Positions 24,314 through 38,650 of a stretch of 64,000 bases of DNA are shown one piece after another. Where the stretch lies: assembly GCA_012295275.1 (NCBI GenBank), contig CM022667.1:17546001-17610000 (forward strand), given 5' to 3'. Position 1 is the first letter of the stretch; every line of letters begins with the position of its first letter. This DNA comes from Chrysomallon squamiferum (lineage: Eukaryota; Animalia; Mollusca). Under the pieces are notes generated by a model. The model was not told the DNA's origin. It made no database searches and worked only from the letters and a program-made list of their open reading frames with translations. The position numbers were made by a program, and so were the translations under genes.

Positions 24314-26833
24314 TCTGTAAATTTAAAAATAATATTTTCACGTCTTTTTTAATTGGGATATACTGTTGATACTCTCTTTTTAAAAGTTATCGAAAAATCA
24401 TATACAGACTAAAAACCAAATTTATACTAAATATTTTCATGATTTATACTTGTTGGTGGTGGGTTTTTCTATTCTTTTTTTTTTTTATTAAAAAAAATAA
24501 TAATAATGAGCTTAAAATTACTAAATAAATAGAGACCAAATAAATATTAACCAATGAAAGACCGTCGTTTCTTACTTATCCAGTAACAAATAAGTTTGCT
24601 TTGTTTCTCAGCCACTAAGAAACAGTTTCTTTTGTTTTTAGCCAATGGGAAACAACTGAATCTCTTTGCTAGCCGTGATTAACATTTTCACATTTGTCAC
24701 ACAGTGGAAAAACAGTTCATTTTCTCTCTGCTTTCCCGTGCGCTTACTGTGTTTTGAAGAAGCAATACGTTACCCAATATTGACCCAGCTTGTATTTTGT
24801 TATCTAATAACGATTAGTGCTCACACCAGACCAGCAGCTAACACGAGTTAATGAGCGTGCTAATAACATTTAACTGAAGAAACAATCAAACGATGTAAGC
24901 ATTAGTTTTCATACGCAGGTTATGAATAATGAGTAGCGTTATAATGACATAATTACCGTGAAACAGCGAAATAGTTAAAGCCATCGACTTGCAATCATGT
25001 GGCTTGACTGGCAGACGCAGCATTCAAATGCTTTTTTTTTAACCTGTTAGTCACACCAAGTCAGATCTCTGTCTGGCGGACAAATAAATTAACTGTTGTT
25101 CACGATAAACGTGTAAGTTACATTTAAAATGAGTTACCTTGAACTGATAAATCTTGTATGTGAATGAGATCAAATATATCTCCCCATACATTTACCACAA
25201 AGGATACACTTCCATTGTACATATAAATTCTTATCTGCCCATATAAAATACACACACATTTATTTATTTTGTTTACTTAATTATAAATTTATTTATTATT
25301 TTTATTTATTTATTCACAAATGCGTTGTTTAAAATGTTATTATATTCAAGCCAGTAGTTTAAATGAATTTCTGTCAACAACAGGTCTGCAAGTCTTTATA
25401 ATTTTGCGACGCTCAAAAACCAGAGACATTGTTTTGTACTTTTGTTGCGAAACCTCTGTTCATTGTTACTCCCTAACACTGAATACAAAGATCAGAAAGG
25501 TTTCATCTCACAATAAACGTATTTATTTCTACAGTGTGAGTTTCCATTAACGTCTGTCAATCAGTTTCAGGCATATTTTATTACTTCATGTAGATATACT
25601 GTGTTGCAAAGTTAAGTCACTGGCTTAATGGAATGGTTAGTACTGGGGTCGCATCACAGTACCGGCTCCAATCAAATATGTGTATTATTTGTTAATATTT
25701 TATGTAACTCATTTTTTGAAAAATAACAACACAACAGCCCAGATCAAACACACAGCTACATGGGTTGAGTCCAAGCAGGTAGTCTTCAGTGTGACTAGAT
25801 ACACCACACGTTTCAGTATCTGTAAGGTTTTGTTCCACATATTTTTTGTATATATATGTATATACATGTGTAAATGTGTATATAAATAAATATAAACACA
25901 TACTCAGACACACACACACACACAGAATTGCTAGCCGTGAAGTACGAAGTGAAAAATAAGAATTAAGTGAAAATACTGTAATACCCATTATATCATTTTC
26001 CATTTAGCTGTTCGTTTTCATTTTCATATTCGTTATGCTAAGTGCTGAAGGCCCTACGATTGTAAATCAAGGAAGTATGAATAATATTTAATCACTTATA
26101 CTTGGAGTTCCAACATATATTCATTATAATGTACAGAGAATAATTCCACATGCAGAAAGAATTAATAATAATAATAAAATGTCTGATTACTGATGATTAC
26201 CAGCATCACCTCCGCATTTGGAGATATGTATTAGTGTAACAATGTCAAGATTATTAGTGCTTAAGCCATGTTGGGAACATATCAAAATCTATCAGAGCTT
26301 TGTCTTGTATTTTAACCAACAGAGGATATATCATAACTAATTTTATGAAAGCGTTGAGTACAGTCAATACTGACAAATAAATGTATTTTTCATAGTTCCG
26401 TATCTGTAACATTGTTTTAATACCATCTCAGAATATAGAAATACATAATTACTACTGATACTACCATTGCTACTATGTAATCGATTTATCTAGTTTCAGC
26501 ATTGATTTTTAACTCCATTTTGCTTACAACAAGCCAAATTATGCTGATTGTGATGATGAATATTATAAATAATAATAATAATAATAAACAAACACACAAA
26601 TAAATAAATAAATAAATAAAAAGGAGAATATATCAGTAAATACAGGCTGATGCAAATACGAATATCAGAAAAAAGTTCGTATAAGTTTTATTTTTTATTT
26701 TTTTATTTTTTATTATTTATTTATTTTTTTACTAAAATTCAATCTTTACAAAATATGAACAGGATATGTTTTAACATGCAATTAAAAATTTGTAAAACAA
26801 TATATTCAACAGTTTCCAGATACACATTCAATT

Positions 26834-26873
<40 letters not shown>

Positions 26874-29781
26874 ATGCTCATGCATACACAAACAATTGAA
26901 AATAAGAAAATATGGTGCATTATACCAACAAGTTTTTTTTTCTTTTTAATTGTTATATTTTCAAAACTAGATATTACAAACAAGACTGAGAAATACTGTT
27001 TGGAATAATTTTTGTTTACAATAAGAGAAACAATTAAAATACATATTTTATCAGTAAACAACACTTATTCCCAGCTCTCCCAACTTCCAGAAAGTTATAA
27101 ATATCACACTTGTACTTTCCTCTAATAATAATAATAATAAATTAATAAATAAATGAAATAAAAAAATTAGATTAAATAAATAATTTTATTTAATCTATTA
27201 AAATGTAACAACAATAACAATTCTAAAAAAATAAAAAAATAAATTAAATTAAATTAAAAAGCAAATAAGAAAAAAATGTTAGCTTGTACATTCAAAAACA
27301 AATGGATAGTTCTGAAAACAATATAATTCAAGTTTCAAAACAGACATTTTATTTTAAAAGTATTGGCCAGACCCCTCTCAGTTAACATATTATATATTTA
27401 TTACAGAATTAAAAACAGCCATCACAATGATATAAATGATATAAAAATAATAATAATAATAATTAAAAATAAATAAGTTATCAAATAAAATTCATATATA
27501 CAAAACACAATAAAATAATAAACTAAATTAATTAATTAAGAGATACACAGAGAAAAACCTCATTCAGTGTAAGAAAGATTTCAAGTAAAACAGCTAAAGG
27601 TACATTCACACTACGCCACAACTTACACCATTTTATATCTTTGAATCACATTACAAAACAGTTCCATAATTAAGTCAAACTGTTTCAACTTTTCAAGATA
27701 TCAAAAATTTATATCATTTATCATTAAGCAATAATACAACTCACAGAAGTTTATTTTCAAATTTTTGGAAAAATAATAACATACATCAAAAGAAAAAAAA
27801 AAAATAATGATTAGTAACATTTATATATGCAAATAACATTTTTTATAGTAGAGCCTGTGTTTGTGTCTATATAGATATATATATATATATAAAAAATGTA
27901 TAAATTAAATCTTGCATAAAAAAAACCAAGAATATTTCTGATTTAAAAGCCAGTAGTAGTAATAGTAGTGTCTGCATAGAACAGAATGTATTTGCCAAGA
28001 TAATGAATGATATTATGTTGTATATTGATCATAAAACTCCTCTATATACGCGATACTATTACAGACACAGTAATGATTTTTTAGAGAAGAAAAAAAGAAA
28101 ATTTTACAACTTATTTACATCTTATGCTTTCCTTGTTTTTCAGTCAACACATTATTCCATGCAAATGTCTTTGAAAATTTATCAAATATATTCATCCACT
28201 TATGTAACAGCACAATTTTACTATTGTACTTTATAATTAGGAACGGTTCATCATAAATAGAATTAGTTTCCAAGGTAACTTTATCATAGATAAACATTTG
28301 GGATTATAAGGATTTGTAATATGGATGCCTATGTAATTATCATTGAAAAGGCATGAAAAGTTCTCTCAGGTCTCATACAACTAAATTATACAGAATTAGA
28401 TTAGGTTTTAAAAATATATATTAATAAGTTAATAATAATAATAATAATAGTAATAAATGACATGTTGTCAAAGTCATAAGGACTGGAAGACATGTCCACA
28501 GTTCCAGCAGTAAGTAACATCACCAACAAGTTCTAATTTTATCACTGTATCTTTGTTTATTCAACATGTTGTTATTAGATCATAGATGTCCATAACATTC
28601 ACTCATGTCATTACAGATGTTTACTTTTTAATGTCTGCTAACCTATTTTGATTACTAACCTATTTAATTTTTTGCATGTCAGTATATTTTAATATTACAA
28701 TTATTATTAACCCAGACATAACATTTATGTGAAATTTTTTCGGTGATAATTCAGCATAATTAAATATTATTTTCATCATCCACCGAAATAAATCCATGAC
28801 ATTATATATCTTAAATGACACTTTTATACATTTTAATTTAATGCCTATATTAGGTAACCATACTACTACTTCATGTCATTATGTACATGTAGCTTTTAAA
28901 TGACTCCCCCAACATATTTTTAATAATAATTTTTTATTATTCATGTCACTTAATTTTTAAAATAACTTCTTCAGTGTAATCCATGGTACCTCATTGATGG
29001 CATTATGTACATGCAGTTATTTAAATCATGGATGTAAAGGTAAACAGAACAGGTATAATTTAAGAAATTAAAAGACATTGTGCATTTGACAACATAATAA
29101 AAAACCAAAATTTAAAAATTGTGTTATTTTTAATAAACTAATAAAGGATTACTTTATGAATATATACAAGTAATAATTAATAAAAATTAGTTTTTAATTT
29201 TAATGTTATTTTTATAAAACAATCAACAGATTACTTGTAACAGACATATATATTAAACTTGTCAACTTATACAAATAACAGAAATTTGTTATTTCAGGAA
29301 TAAAAATTCATTTAAAAAAATATATTATAAACTAATACTGTTCATAAATTTACATTTTTTTTAAATTGTAGTTAAGATCTACGTAATTGAACTAGAGAGA
29401 TAAAGTATACACACTAAACCATACTAGTTTATTTATACATTGAAACCACTGTTTTTTTAAACTAACAAATAATTCACCTAAGTGAATGAAACCAGAGAGA
29501 TATCACAACAAAAATTACCAAATACAAAGAAAATTTAGTCACAGAAGAATGAAGGTGAATTATTATGACATTTTTTTCTGAAGACATGGTTTAACTATAT
29601 GGTAATGTAAGTTTAAACAGGTCACTTATATTTAATTAAAATGCTTTCCATTATAAAAATGTCTTGTTACCAAATGTTATTTTCAAGTGTTCTCAGATGA
29701 TATTTTGGTTATAAAATATCAATAATGTTTCATCTTTCTGAAATACATTTGGTTACAGTATAGTGGTATTACTCCCTTTCA

Positions 29782-29814
<33 letters not shown>

Positions 29815-30150
29815 GAAATATGAATTTCATAATAGGAAATAAAACAATTTTTGATGGCACTGTTACTGATTCTCAGCTATAATACAAGACAGAATTCTCT
29901 AGCTGTCTTTATTTATAGTTCAGTGCATAACTAGCCTTTGACTAGTATAAGACTATCCAGATTTGAAATACAGTTTTCTGGATAGTTCAAGAATATGAAG
30001 TCTCATTTTTTTATTTTTTTTAAATCTTTTTGGTCTTAATGTTGTCTTCATTATGAGTATGTTTAATGTCAGCAGAAACTGTTTTTAAATATGTTATTAC
30101 TTTTTCTTTTCTATTTAAAAAAAAAGGTCCTGCCTTTGCTGATGTCATAA

Positions 30151-33100
30151 TTAGTACTTTGTTTGTCTGGGACCATCCCACTGATAGTAGTAATATCTGT
30201 AGAGAAGAAACCCACCCACCAACAGAGAAAGTCCAATACAGATTGGTCGTATGTATGATCGTCTTTTCTTCCAAATTTCACTCTTTTGTTGTCGATCCTT
30301 CATCTGTCTGATCTTTTCTTGAGTTTTCTTCTTTCGGTCCTCTCGAATTCTCTTCCTCAGAGTGTACCCACTAGAAAAATAAATAAATAAATAAATAAAC
30401 AAACAGAAATATTGTAATAAAAATTTTAAAAGCCAAAAGAAATTAGAATAAAATAATTTGATATGCTGCTGCATTTGTAATGTTTTTAAAATTAAAATTG
30501 TCTTAAAACTGTTTTTATAAGACATATGTGCTGATAAATGTTCACTTGACAGACATTCAGCACATTTTTTTTATACTTGGTATCACACAAGGACTGGTTT
30601 TTCAATTAAAATATATTTGATTATGTTTTCCAACAACAAAATGATTACTGATGGATTTTTAAAGAAAAAGAAATTATTCCCAAAACAGTTACCTCTCTTG
30701 TTCCTTCTCGTTTCTCTTCTGCTGAATATCTTCTTGCAACATTAAATCATCAATTTCATCCTCTCCATCATCATCCTGGATAAAATCATCGAGATCATTA
30801 AAGTCATCATCATCAAATGGTTCAGGGGTGTATTTTCTTTCCTTTGGTGGGAGGGGTGGTGGTGGTCTTGAGGGTGACAAACTGGTGGTTCGAATGGGAG
30901 GAGTTGGTGGGCTGTCTCTTGAATGGTTCTGTTAAAACATGCATTGAAAAAAAAAAAAAAAAAAATAAAATAAAACAAGAAAAAGAAACAGCCAATAAAA
31001 TCAGAATATTCTTACCTGAAAGATCTTCAACAGGATAGTAAGAACAACAATAGTAAGAGTAAAAATATTAAAATAAAAGTAACTGCATTAAAAATACAAT
31101 GGAACCTCGGGTTATAAATGCCTTGAAGCATAAACAAATTGGATTATGAACTGTAATTTTTGTCTCAGTTTACAAATAATGTCCTTAATTACAAACTACA
31201 GCAATGCACCATGACAAGCTTTCTTTTGATGTCAACATCTAGTAAAGATAAAAAAAAAATAGATGCTTACATTAAAACTGAGGTAAAAGAAATGGATTGT
31301 AGTCATGCAAATACATATCATGAATTAGTGCCTTTAGTTTTTGATATGCAGTTGTAGCTCAGTAGCTTTTGGACTGAGATACTGCACTCACATTTTTTAA
31401 ATTGATGCTGCTTTTATGTTTTTTTATTATACCCTATCCAATATGGTGCCCAAGAAAGCAATAAGTATAAATGTATCACCGTAAAGGTTAAGAAAGAAAT
31501 AATTATAAAACATGAGAGTGGCATTTGTGTGTCTGACATTGCTTTGGTTTACATAGAATTCAGTTTATGAACCAAGTTCTGGAACAAATTAAGTAAGTAA
31601 CCTGAGGTTCCACAGTAATAACAAATACTGTGACAAAAGCAGTATTAAAAATAGTAACAATAACATTATTTCTGTGAAAATAATGCAAAACTCAAATATG
31701 AACTGGTGTAAGAAGTTAATTCTTCTGTTTTTTTCTGAAATGCACTGTTTCTGTGAAATCATATAATTATATAATTCTTTGACTATTCTTAATAATAATT
31801 GTTACTATTGACATAAAACTTAAAATATTTTATTTAGAGTCATTCTGTGTCAAATCACCTAAAAAAAAAAAAAAATTTGAACCTGACCATCTCAGATTTT
31901 TATAAAGCTTGGTATACTTGTTGTGATCCCACAACACCAAATCCAACATGTGTATTGCTGCTAAACAAAGAATATTACACCTCTGAAACTTTTATAGGTT
32001 TTAGTTAACATGATTAAATTTCAAGAAAGGTCATCTTGGGTCACATGATCCACAAGGTCATAACAAAGGTCAAAAGGTCAGTGTAGCCCAAGATTCTTCA
32101 AACTGAACAATAATGGCAGATTTAGAATCCTTGTCATATTGCCGTTTGAAAATTTTGTTGAAGAATGGCCCAGTAGTTCCTGAGATATGAGGGTTCAAAG
32201 GTTGGTGGTCACACCACTGGTCCGATTGGCTTACAATTTCAGATTTGGTGCTGTAGGATCCCAATCAATATATCAAATTTCATCATGGACAGTCAGGTTT
32301 AAAAATTATTGTTTTGGGGTAATTTGACTTGGAATGATCCTTTACCAAATTTAATTTTATTTTATTTTATTTAAAACTAAATTGATTAGACAAACTGCAA
32401 TTTCTGTGATTGCTGGTAGGGACTAATCTGTTATTACAATTAATTCACATGTAATACAAATAGTCAGCTATTCTTATTACATTTTCAAATATATCTTGTC
32501 AGTCATGTTAATAATACATTTTTTTTTAAAAACATCTAAATAATACTCTGCCTTTCAGAATACAAATACAAATAAAATAATATACAAATAAAATGAAATA
32601 AATTAAACATCAACAGAATCAAATGAAATATATCTATTGCCACCAGGTTTGGTAATGACAGAAGAAATTCTCTGATGGTGTCAAGTAGAGAGTAGTTTCA
32701 AAATCTTAAAATGAAGATTCTAAGGAACATCCAAGGTGTTTTTATCACAACTATATTAATAATTGCAAGTTTTCACAAGATTTGGGTATTTTTATTTTTT
32801 AAATTAAACATATAAATCACTTTATCGTGTCTTTCAAAGATTTTCAAGATGAATTCAATACAAATATGTGTTTCACAGTATAACCCATCATTATTCATTA
32901 GCATGTCAAAAAAAATAAATGTACTGATTTAGTAACCTTAAGATAAATAAATGTTTCAAATACAATTATACACTGAGTATTATTATTATCTTGTGTACAT
33001 ATCATTCTGAAAAACAATTACTTTCAACTTCAAGATTCTAAGTTACTGCTATTTTGTTGTTTGCATCTTATACTTTTTCCTTTAAGCTAATAAAGTAATC

Positions 33101-36100
33101 AGCACTGAAAATATTTATATAACACTTCAACTATTGAATTCTGCTTAATTCAACATTTATTTACATTAAGAATGTAGATAATATCAGATTCATGATTACA
33201 CCGCACCTGTTAATGAAGCATTAAAGAATTTGCATTTTGCTTATCAGATTTGTTCTAAAATGAGTATTTTCTGTGATAGGATAAATTATATTTATTTATT
33301 ATGTTCTGGGGTTTTTTTTCTCTCTTCTGAATCCTCTATACTAATTTTTTTTTAATTATGTTTCACTGATAGAAGTAGATATCATTAATTACATTATTAT
33401 TACTTACCGGTAAATCTCCATTTACCAGGCAGCTCTGTAAAGTGGAATTAGGATTTTTCATGGAGAGCAGTCTGTTCCCTCCTTCAATGATGGCGAGATA
33501 TGAAAATCTAAGTTGGTCAGGAGTTTGTATGAGACCCATGCGGTATGATCGCATCTCCATCAGCATGGACTTGATGTCTACTGCATCTAACTTTCTGTGT
33601 CTTTCTATCTGTACAAAAAAAATACAAACAGTATATCTATAACATCATTTTTTTAACAGCCGTAATATATAATGAAAATCAAATTCAGAGAATTTTGTAG
33701 TGGAGCTATTAGATTTTGGAAATCTAATAAATGATTTTGAGAGTATCACCTCTCTGAATTTTACTCAGATTATTAATACACTGGTTTATTTTTTGTAAAC
33801 AATTATTAGACACAGTGCTGCTTTGTTCTGTCTGTCTGTATGTATGTATGTACAAAAAACATTAATACTCTATAATATTAACATTTTTAAAAATCTGCTC
33901 ATTCCTATACTAAACTGTAATAACAAAGGAGCAGCATATGATTTTGAATAAAAAATATAACAATGATAACTGAACGTAAATTGGAATGTTTCATTTACAT
34001 GAGAATACAAATATTTAATAAACTTACTAAAACTAAAGAGGAGTCAACTAAACAGAATGTTCCTGAACGACCGATGCCAGCACTGCAGTGTATAACTGGT
34101 GGTCCCACACTAGGCTCAAGCACACCAGCCAGTCGGACATTGGACAGAAATGTGAGGAAGGCAGTAGGTGAAGATGGGACACCAAAATCTGGCCATGTTG
34201 TGTACTGGAAATGCAGTATCTCTCTGATTTCACCTGTCTGGAAAAATAAGTATCTAAAATAATAAAATATGTACATCAAAGTTATAAAATTTTTAAACAT
34301 TAGACAGTAGCAAATATATATATTAAATTAGTAAATCTATATAATAATATTTGAATAACTGAAAGTGATTTCATTTTTAAAACACATAATCTTCAGAATA
34401 CACAACCTCTACCCTACAACTGAATTTATATTCAAAATAGAAAAGATATAAATTATCTTTTGAAACACAATAATTTTTCTTCCCAAAGCCTAAATTATTT
34501 TTGATCTTTTAGACATCAAATATTCCGAAAATGTTTAACTGTTCTCACCTCTGTATTTTCCAGATTCAGATACCTGATAGTGTAATGTAGTGTGTCTTCC
34601 TCACCAGTCAAAGTAACCTTGAGCCCAACATCTTCAAAATTCATTTCATCCTCGTAGCCTGCATCTGAACCAAGTGGCCAGTACTGGTGACATTTTAACT
34701 GAAGTAAAATACAAGTTAATATTAGAACTGCTTAATTTATCTGTAAAAGCTGTTTTATAAGACATACTCTACACTACTGCAAAAACAAATGTTGGCACGT
34801 TCATTCAGCTTCCAACATGAAGCAATTCTCTCTGGAATCTGACATTTTCCTGTTATAAAATATTTAATAACCATCCTTCCTTTTTTTGAAACTCTGACTG
34901 CAGTAAGTCCATCAACCATATTCAGTGTAAAAATGATCTTTCTTGATCTTTGGTATTCAGTTGTTTGTAAATAATAAAAGCCTGCACAAATGAAGAAATG
35001 ACTTGCAGATTCAAATCAGATTTACATGCTGCCAATAAGTACCATCACACAGATTGGAAAAAAACACACACCATTGTTAGATTTGTTGATTTTTAATCTT
35101 CTCTCATTCTTGTATTTTCACTTCTAATGACAGGTTTCCTGGCAGATTAAAAATGAGATTGACAACTCTTGAATCCTTTCAGGTGTAACAATTCATAAAA
35201 CCCTTCATTAAAAATGATGCTTTCTCCTTGGTTCAGTTAATTCACAGCTGAAGCAGACTTGTTCATATTGTTTACTAATAGGTTTTTTCTACAGCTTCTA
35301 ACTGTTTCATAGGAAATTGAGCCATCACTCTCTAATAGTTTGATCTAGTCTTGACTTGTACAGTAATTGTCCACAAACAAATGATGACCATGGCAAATAT
35401 AAGGTTTAACCACACCCATCTCAACTGAATTGCTGTGGCAACTGTATGAAAAGCTTAAAAGGTTAGTTCAATTCTGAATCTTTTCATCAGAATTTAAATT
35501 AGGATTCTCTGTAAGGGTGGCAGACCAGCCTTAATCATTGTCAACATTTTCAGAAGTTAAAAGTGCATTACAGCCAGTCTTCGTGTCCAAGTCTGCACTG
35601 TTAAACATTAAGTGGTTCATAGTCTCTGTCACCTTCACAATAGTTGATGAATATTAACACATACTCTTTGTCTCTGACAATATTTTGAAAGTTAATTTAG
35701 TTAAAAGTATTTCATTGGAATTATCAGTCATATTCAGAAAAAACGTCACTATCAAAGACATTTTCTGAGCAGTCTTTCCCATCCAATATTGCTGTCACCA
35801 TTATGGCTAACAGTCATTATAGACTGAACAAAAAAAGAGAAAAAACCCAAAACAGCCAAACTTTTTGCAGAAAACAAAGAGACATTAGTACTTGATGTTG
35901 TTGTTAGCTAGCCATTATTGCACGTGTCAGATGACAAATATGGCAGTAAATATGAACTAAAGGGACACAACATGATATGCTATTTGGGGATTTTTGGTTT
36001 CATAGTTTGAAAGGGTTAAAAACAGTTGAATGAATGCTCATCTGAAAGCTATTGGTGCTATTGCATTGTCCAGAAGATTAAAAAATTATACTTTTAATTC

Positions 36101-38531
36101 ATAAATGGCTACTATAGGTATGCAAGTAAAATTGTAAATAATAAAATATAATTAATTATTTTAAAAAGTTTTAAGGGTTGTAAACTAAAGAGAAACGAAA
36201 ATATTTGAAGATGCTACATATATTAGCCAGAGAATGGAACTATACTGTTTAGAACTCACTGTGCCTTTTTCAACTATTCGGTTCAGCATAATAATGGCTT
36301 TTGAGTTCTGCTCCCAAACCATCAACCAGAAATGACTTGTAGTGTGTGCTAATGGACCCTGAAAGTAAATAAAGAACCATGGCTAGTATTTATAGCTTAA
36401 ATATAGTTCTAAAAATAATTAATATAACATATCAGATTAATGCCACTCATCTCCAACTTTATTTCATTAGAAATGCTACAGTACTATCCATGCTAATTAA
36501 TACAAATGAGCAAAACAATATTTTAGAATTCTGGATGGTATAACTGGATATAATGTTTTGTACTAATCAACAATATCTATTTTATAATTCTATGATATTA
36601 GCAATGCCAATATTTAAGTATTCCAAAGTAAGTTGTTTTTTTTGGTTTAGAGTTAGCAGAATAAATATTTGAAACTTGTTTAGTGGTTCAGATTTTTTCA
36701 GTTTTTAAGATCATGTTTAGGACAAAAAGCAATTACATTAAAAAAAATATATACGGTCTGAACCTTTGGTAGGAACAGACTTGTGTGACACCATTTTGAC
36801 TCATCATAAATTGCCACAGAGCTTCAAATTTTAAAGTTCAATAAAAGTGAAAAATATTTAAGCACTTCTTACTGTGAGTGGTGATTTTGGAAGAAACTCA
36901 AATAATTTTGCTAAAACAGCTGTCAACTCTGCCTTAAAACATCTGCAGACTAGATATCACAATTCTGTTTAAACACACTTAATCTGCCGATCAACAGAGA
37001 AATTTCAGCTCACTGCGACTTTGTTACTTCATGGAATTCTGGATGTTTTTGTGAACTGTCCATATCATGGAGAGCTGATGACCTTCATAGATCTTACAAA
37101 GTGTAATGGAATTTATTTAATTGAAAAATAAAGAATTTGATAAAATCTGATTTTAATACAAATAAATTAATCAATTTTGGTAGTGCCTTGATTTCACCAT
37201 CTGGCACTGCTAGTTACGTTATTATGATAGAAAATCAAACCTGAGTGAGTATATATTTTCTTCCAGCATCTGGCACTTCTATCAGACTAGCATTAATATA
37301 ATCATCACTGTCCTTTCCAAGCACAATTCGACTGTGATCATCTGAAAATACATTTTACAAACTTCAAGAATAAAATATTGCAGTTACATGAAAATAGCTG
37401 TTACTAATTAGACATTAACACAACTATAAGATACTAAGATTCTGTGTTCAGAAACTGCAATACACTGGTGAGCTATGTTTTTTCTAAATGCTATGTCCAA
37501 ATTATTTTGCATTAATATTATTATTTATTGTTTTAAAACAACAAACAAAAAACGAATGGATAGTTAAATAAAATAAAATAAAAATGATGGAAAATATAAC
37601 TAAATTAAAAAAAATTCCAAATAAAAATAAAATGTTAACATACAAGGACTGACATCTCGGTATCTATTTTTGCTGCGGTTTTCTGGTTTCCTGGCTTCTA
37701 TGACAGTGAGTTTCTGATCCAGTGTCCTTAAGGAGGCTTCATTTTTAAGTCTCTGGAAAATAAAACATTTATTGAGAAATAATAATATAGGCAGCACACA
37801 TCTAAGCTATACATTCAAACATTGATACTATAAAGTATATAACTTCAATTATAGTCTTCTTACCTAACCAGTCAGAAATATTATTCCAGTGTCATTTACT
37901 GTATCCCAATCACAAAAGTGTTTTTTGATAAGTTTGTAGTTTACTTCACCAATTTTATAACACTACTCTAGTTCAACAGATAATTTGAAATTGAAACTGA
38001 AAGAAAATCAACTGAACCTGAAATGACTTCAGTGATAGCGTACACATCTGAGTAATATTAGACCTATATTAAATTTTTAACATTAATAAATAAAGTTAAG
38101 CTATCATAATAATTTAAAGAACGATATCTGAAGGCTAGTTTAACTACTTACACTAGTACTAGTAGTAGTAGTAGTAGCTCGTGTGGTTACGGGTTTATCA
38201 TCTTGAGCACATAACTTGTAAGATACTGTTAGAATTTGGGACGTTTGATCTGGTGCGCAATATTCAATTTAATCTTTCACAAATTTTTATTTTTTCATTT
38301 TAAATAAAAATCGCGAATTTTACTTATATTTTAAAAGTTATGGAATGGAAATTTAACAGGAAGTTATTCTAGTCGGTTCCGGTCGAAGGGTATAAACAAT
38401 TTGTTACATGTCCCCTTGGTAAGCTTGCATGCGAGAACGTATACTATAAGTTGACTGAACAATACCTGATAAATTTCCACCCAGATATTGGCGCTATCAT
38501 AATCTGCAAATTCATTTTCCATCCGCGACAT
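30151..38531 (-). CDS. PTPN2: Non-receptor protein tyrosine phosphatase, PTP1B/TC-PTP (PTPN1/PTPN2, Ptp61F-type) orthologue
   Basis: Exons 38531..38466, 37752..37644, 37341..37241, 36358..36260, 34698..34549, 34237..34028, 33608..33408, 30928..30693, 30370..30151. Motifs [77 protein letters not shown]; Pro-rich region; TC-PTP-like [15 protein letters not shown] and hydrophobic C-terminal tail. Likely co-orthologue of PTPN1 and PTPN2. Confidence 0.95.
31097..31615 (+). mobile_element. Tigger/pogo-derived MITE with both TIRs and TA flanks
   Basis: TA|CAATGGAACCTCGGGTTA ... TAACCTGAGGTTCCACAG|TA. Internal remnant MVPKKA...[20 protein letters not shown] of a Tigger transposase HTH. Confidence 0.85.
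31837..32340. mobile_element. Non-autonomous DNA element with long imperfect terminal inverted repeats
   Basis: Left end GAGTCATTCTGTGTCAAATCACC...GAACCTGAC...GATCCCACAACACCAAATC mirrors the reverse complement of the right end, GGATCATTCCAAGTCAAATTACC...AAACCTGAC...GATCCTACAGCACCAAATC, over ~110 bp. Confidence 0.75.
34770..36015 (-). mobile_element. Decayed piggyBac transposon in a PTP intron
   Basis: TTAA|CCCTTTCAAAC terminus at 36015 on the minus strand; acidic N-terminal remnant ([21 protein letters not shown]); [18 protein letters not shown] (piggyBac GHHLFxDNYYTS motif) near 35350-35410; many stops. The other terminus was not found, so the left boundary is approximate. Confidence 0.8.
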
Positions 38532-38574
38532 TCTAATCAGTTTGAGATAATTAATCCAGGTTTAGAAAGCTAAG

Positions 38575-38650
38575 TGTTCTTTTCCTACCGGACGCCAGCT
38601 ACGCCATGTCAGCCAATCACAGAGGTTAGAATAACTTCCTGTTTCCGATG
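38575..38650 (-). promoter_or_regulatory. Likely PTP promoter (CCAAT box, ETS motifs)
   Basis: AGCCAATCA at 38611 and ACTTCCTGTTTCCG at ~38634-38647 in a CpG-rich patch just upstream of the ATG at 38531. Confidence 0.45.

Noticed and set aside
25605-25680. tRNA or tRNA-derived SINE head-like sequence (similar fragment near 39215-39295)
   Set aside because: No cloverleaf and too decayed to define boundaries; at most an old SINE fragment.
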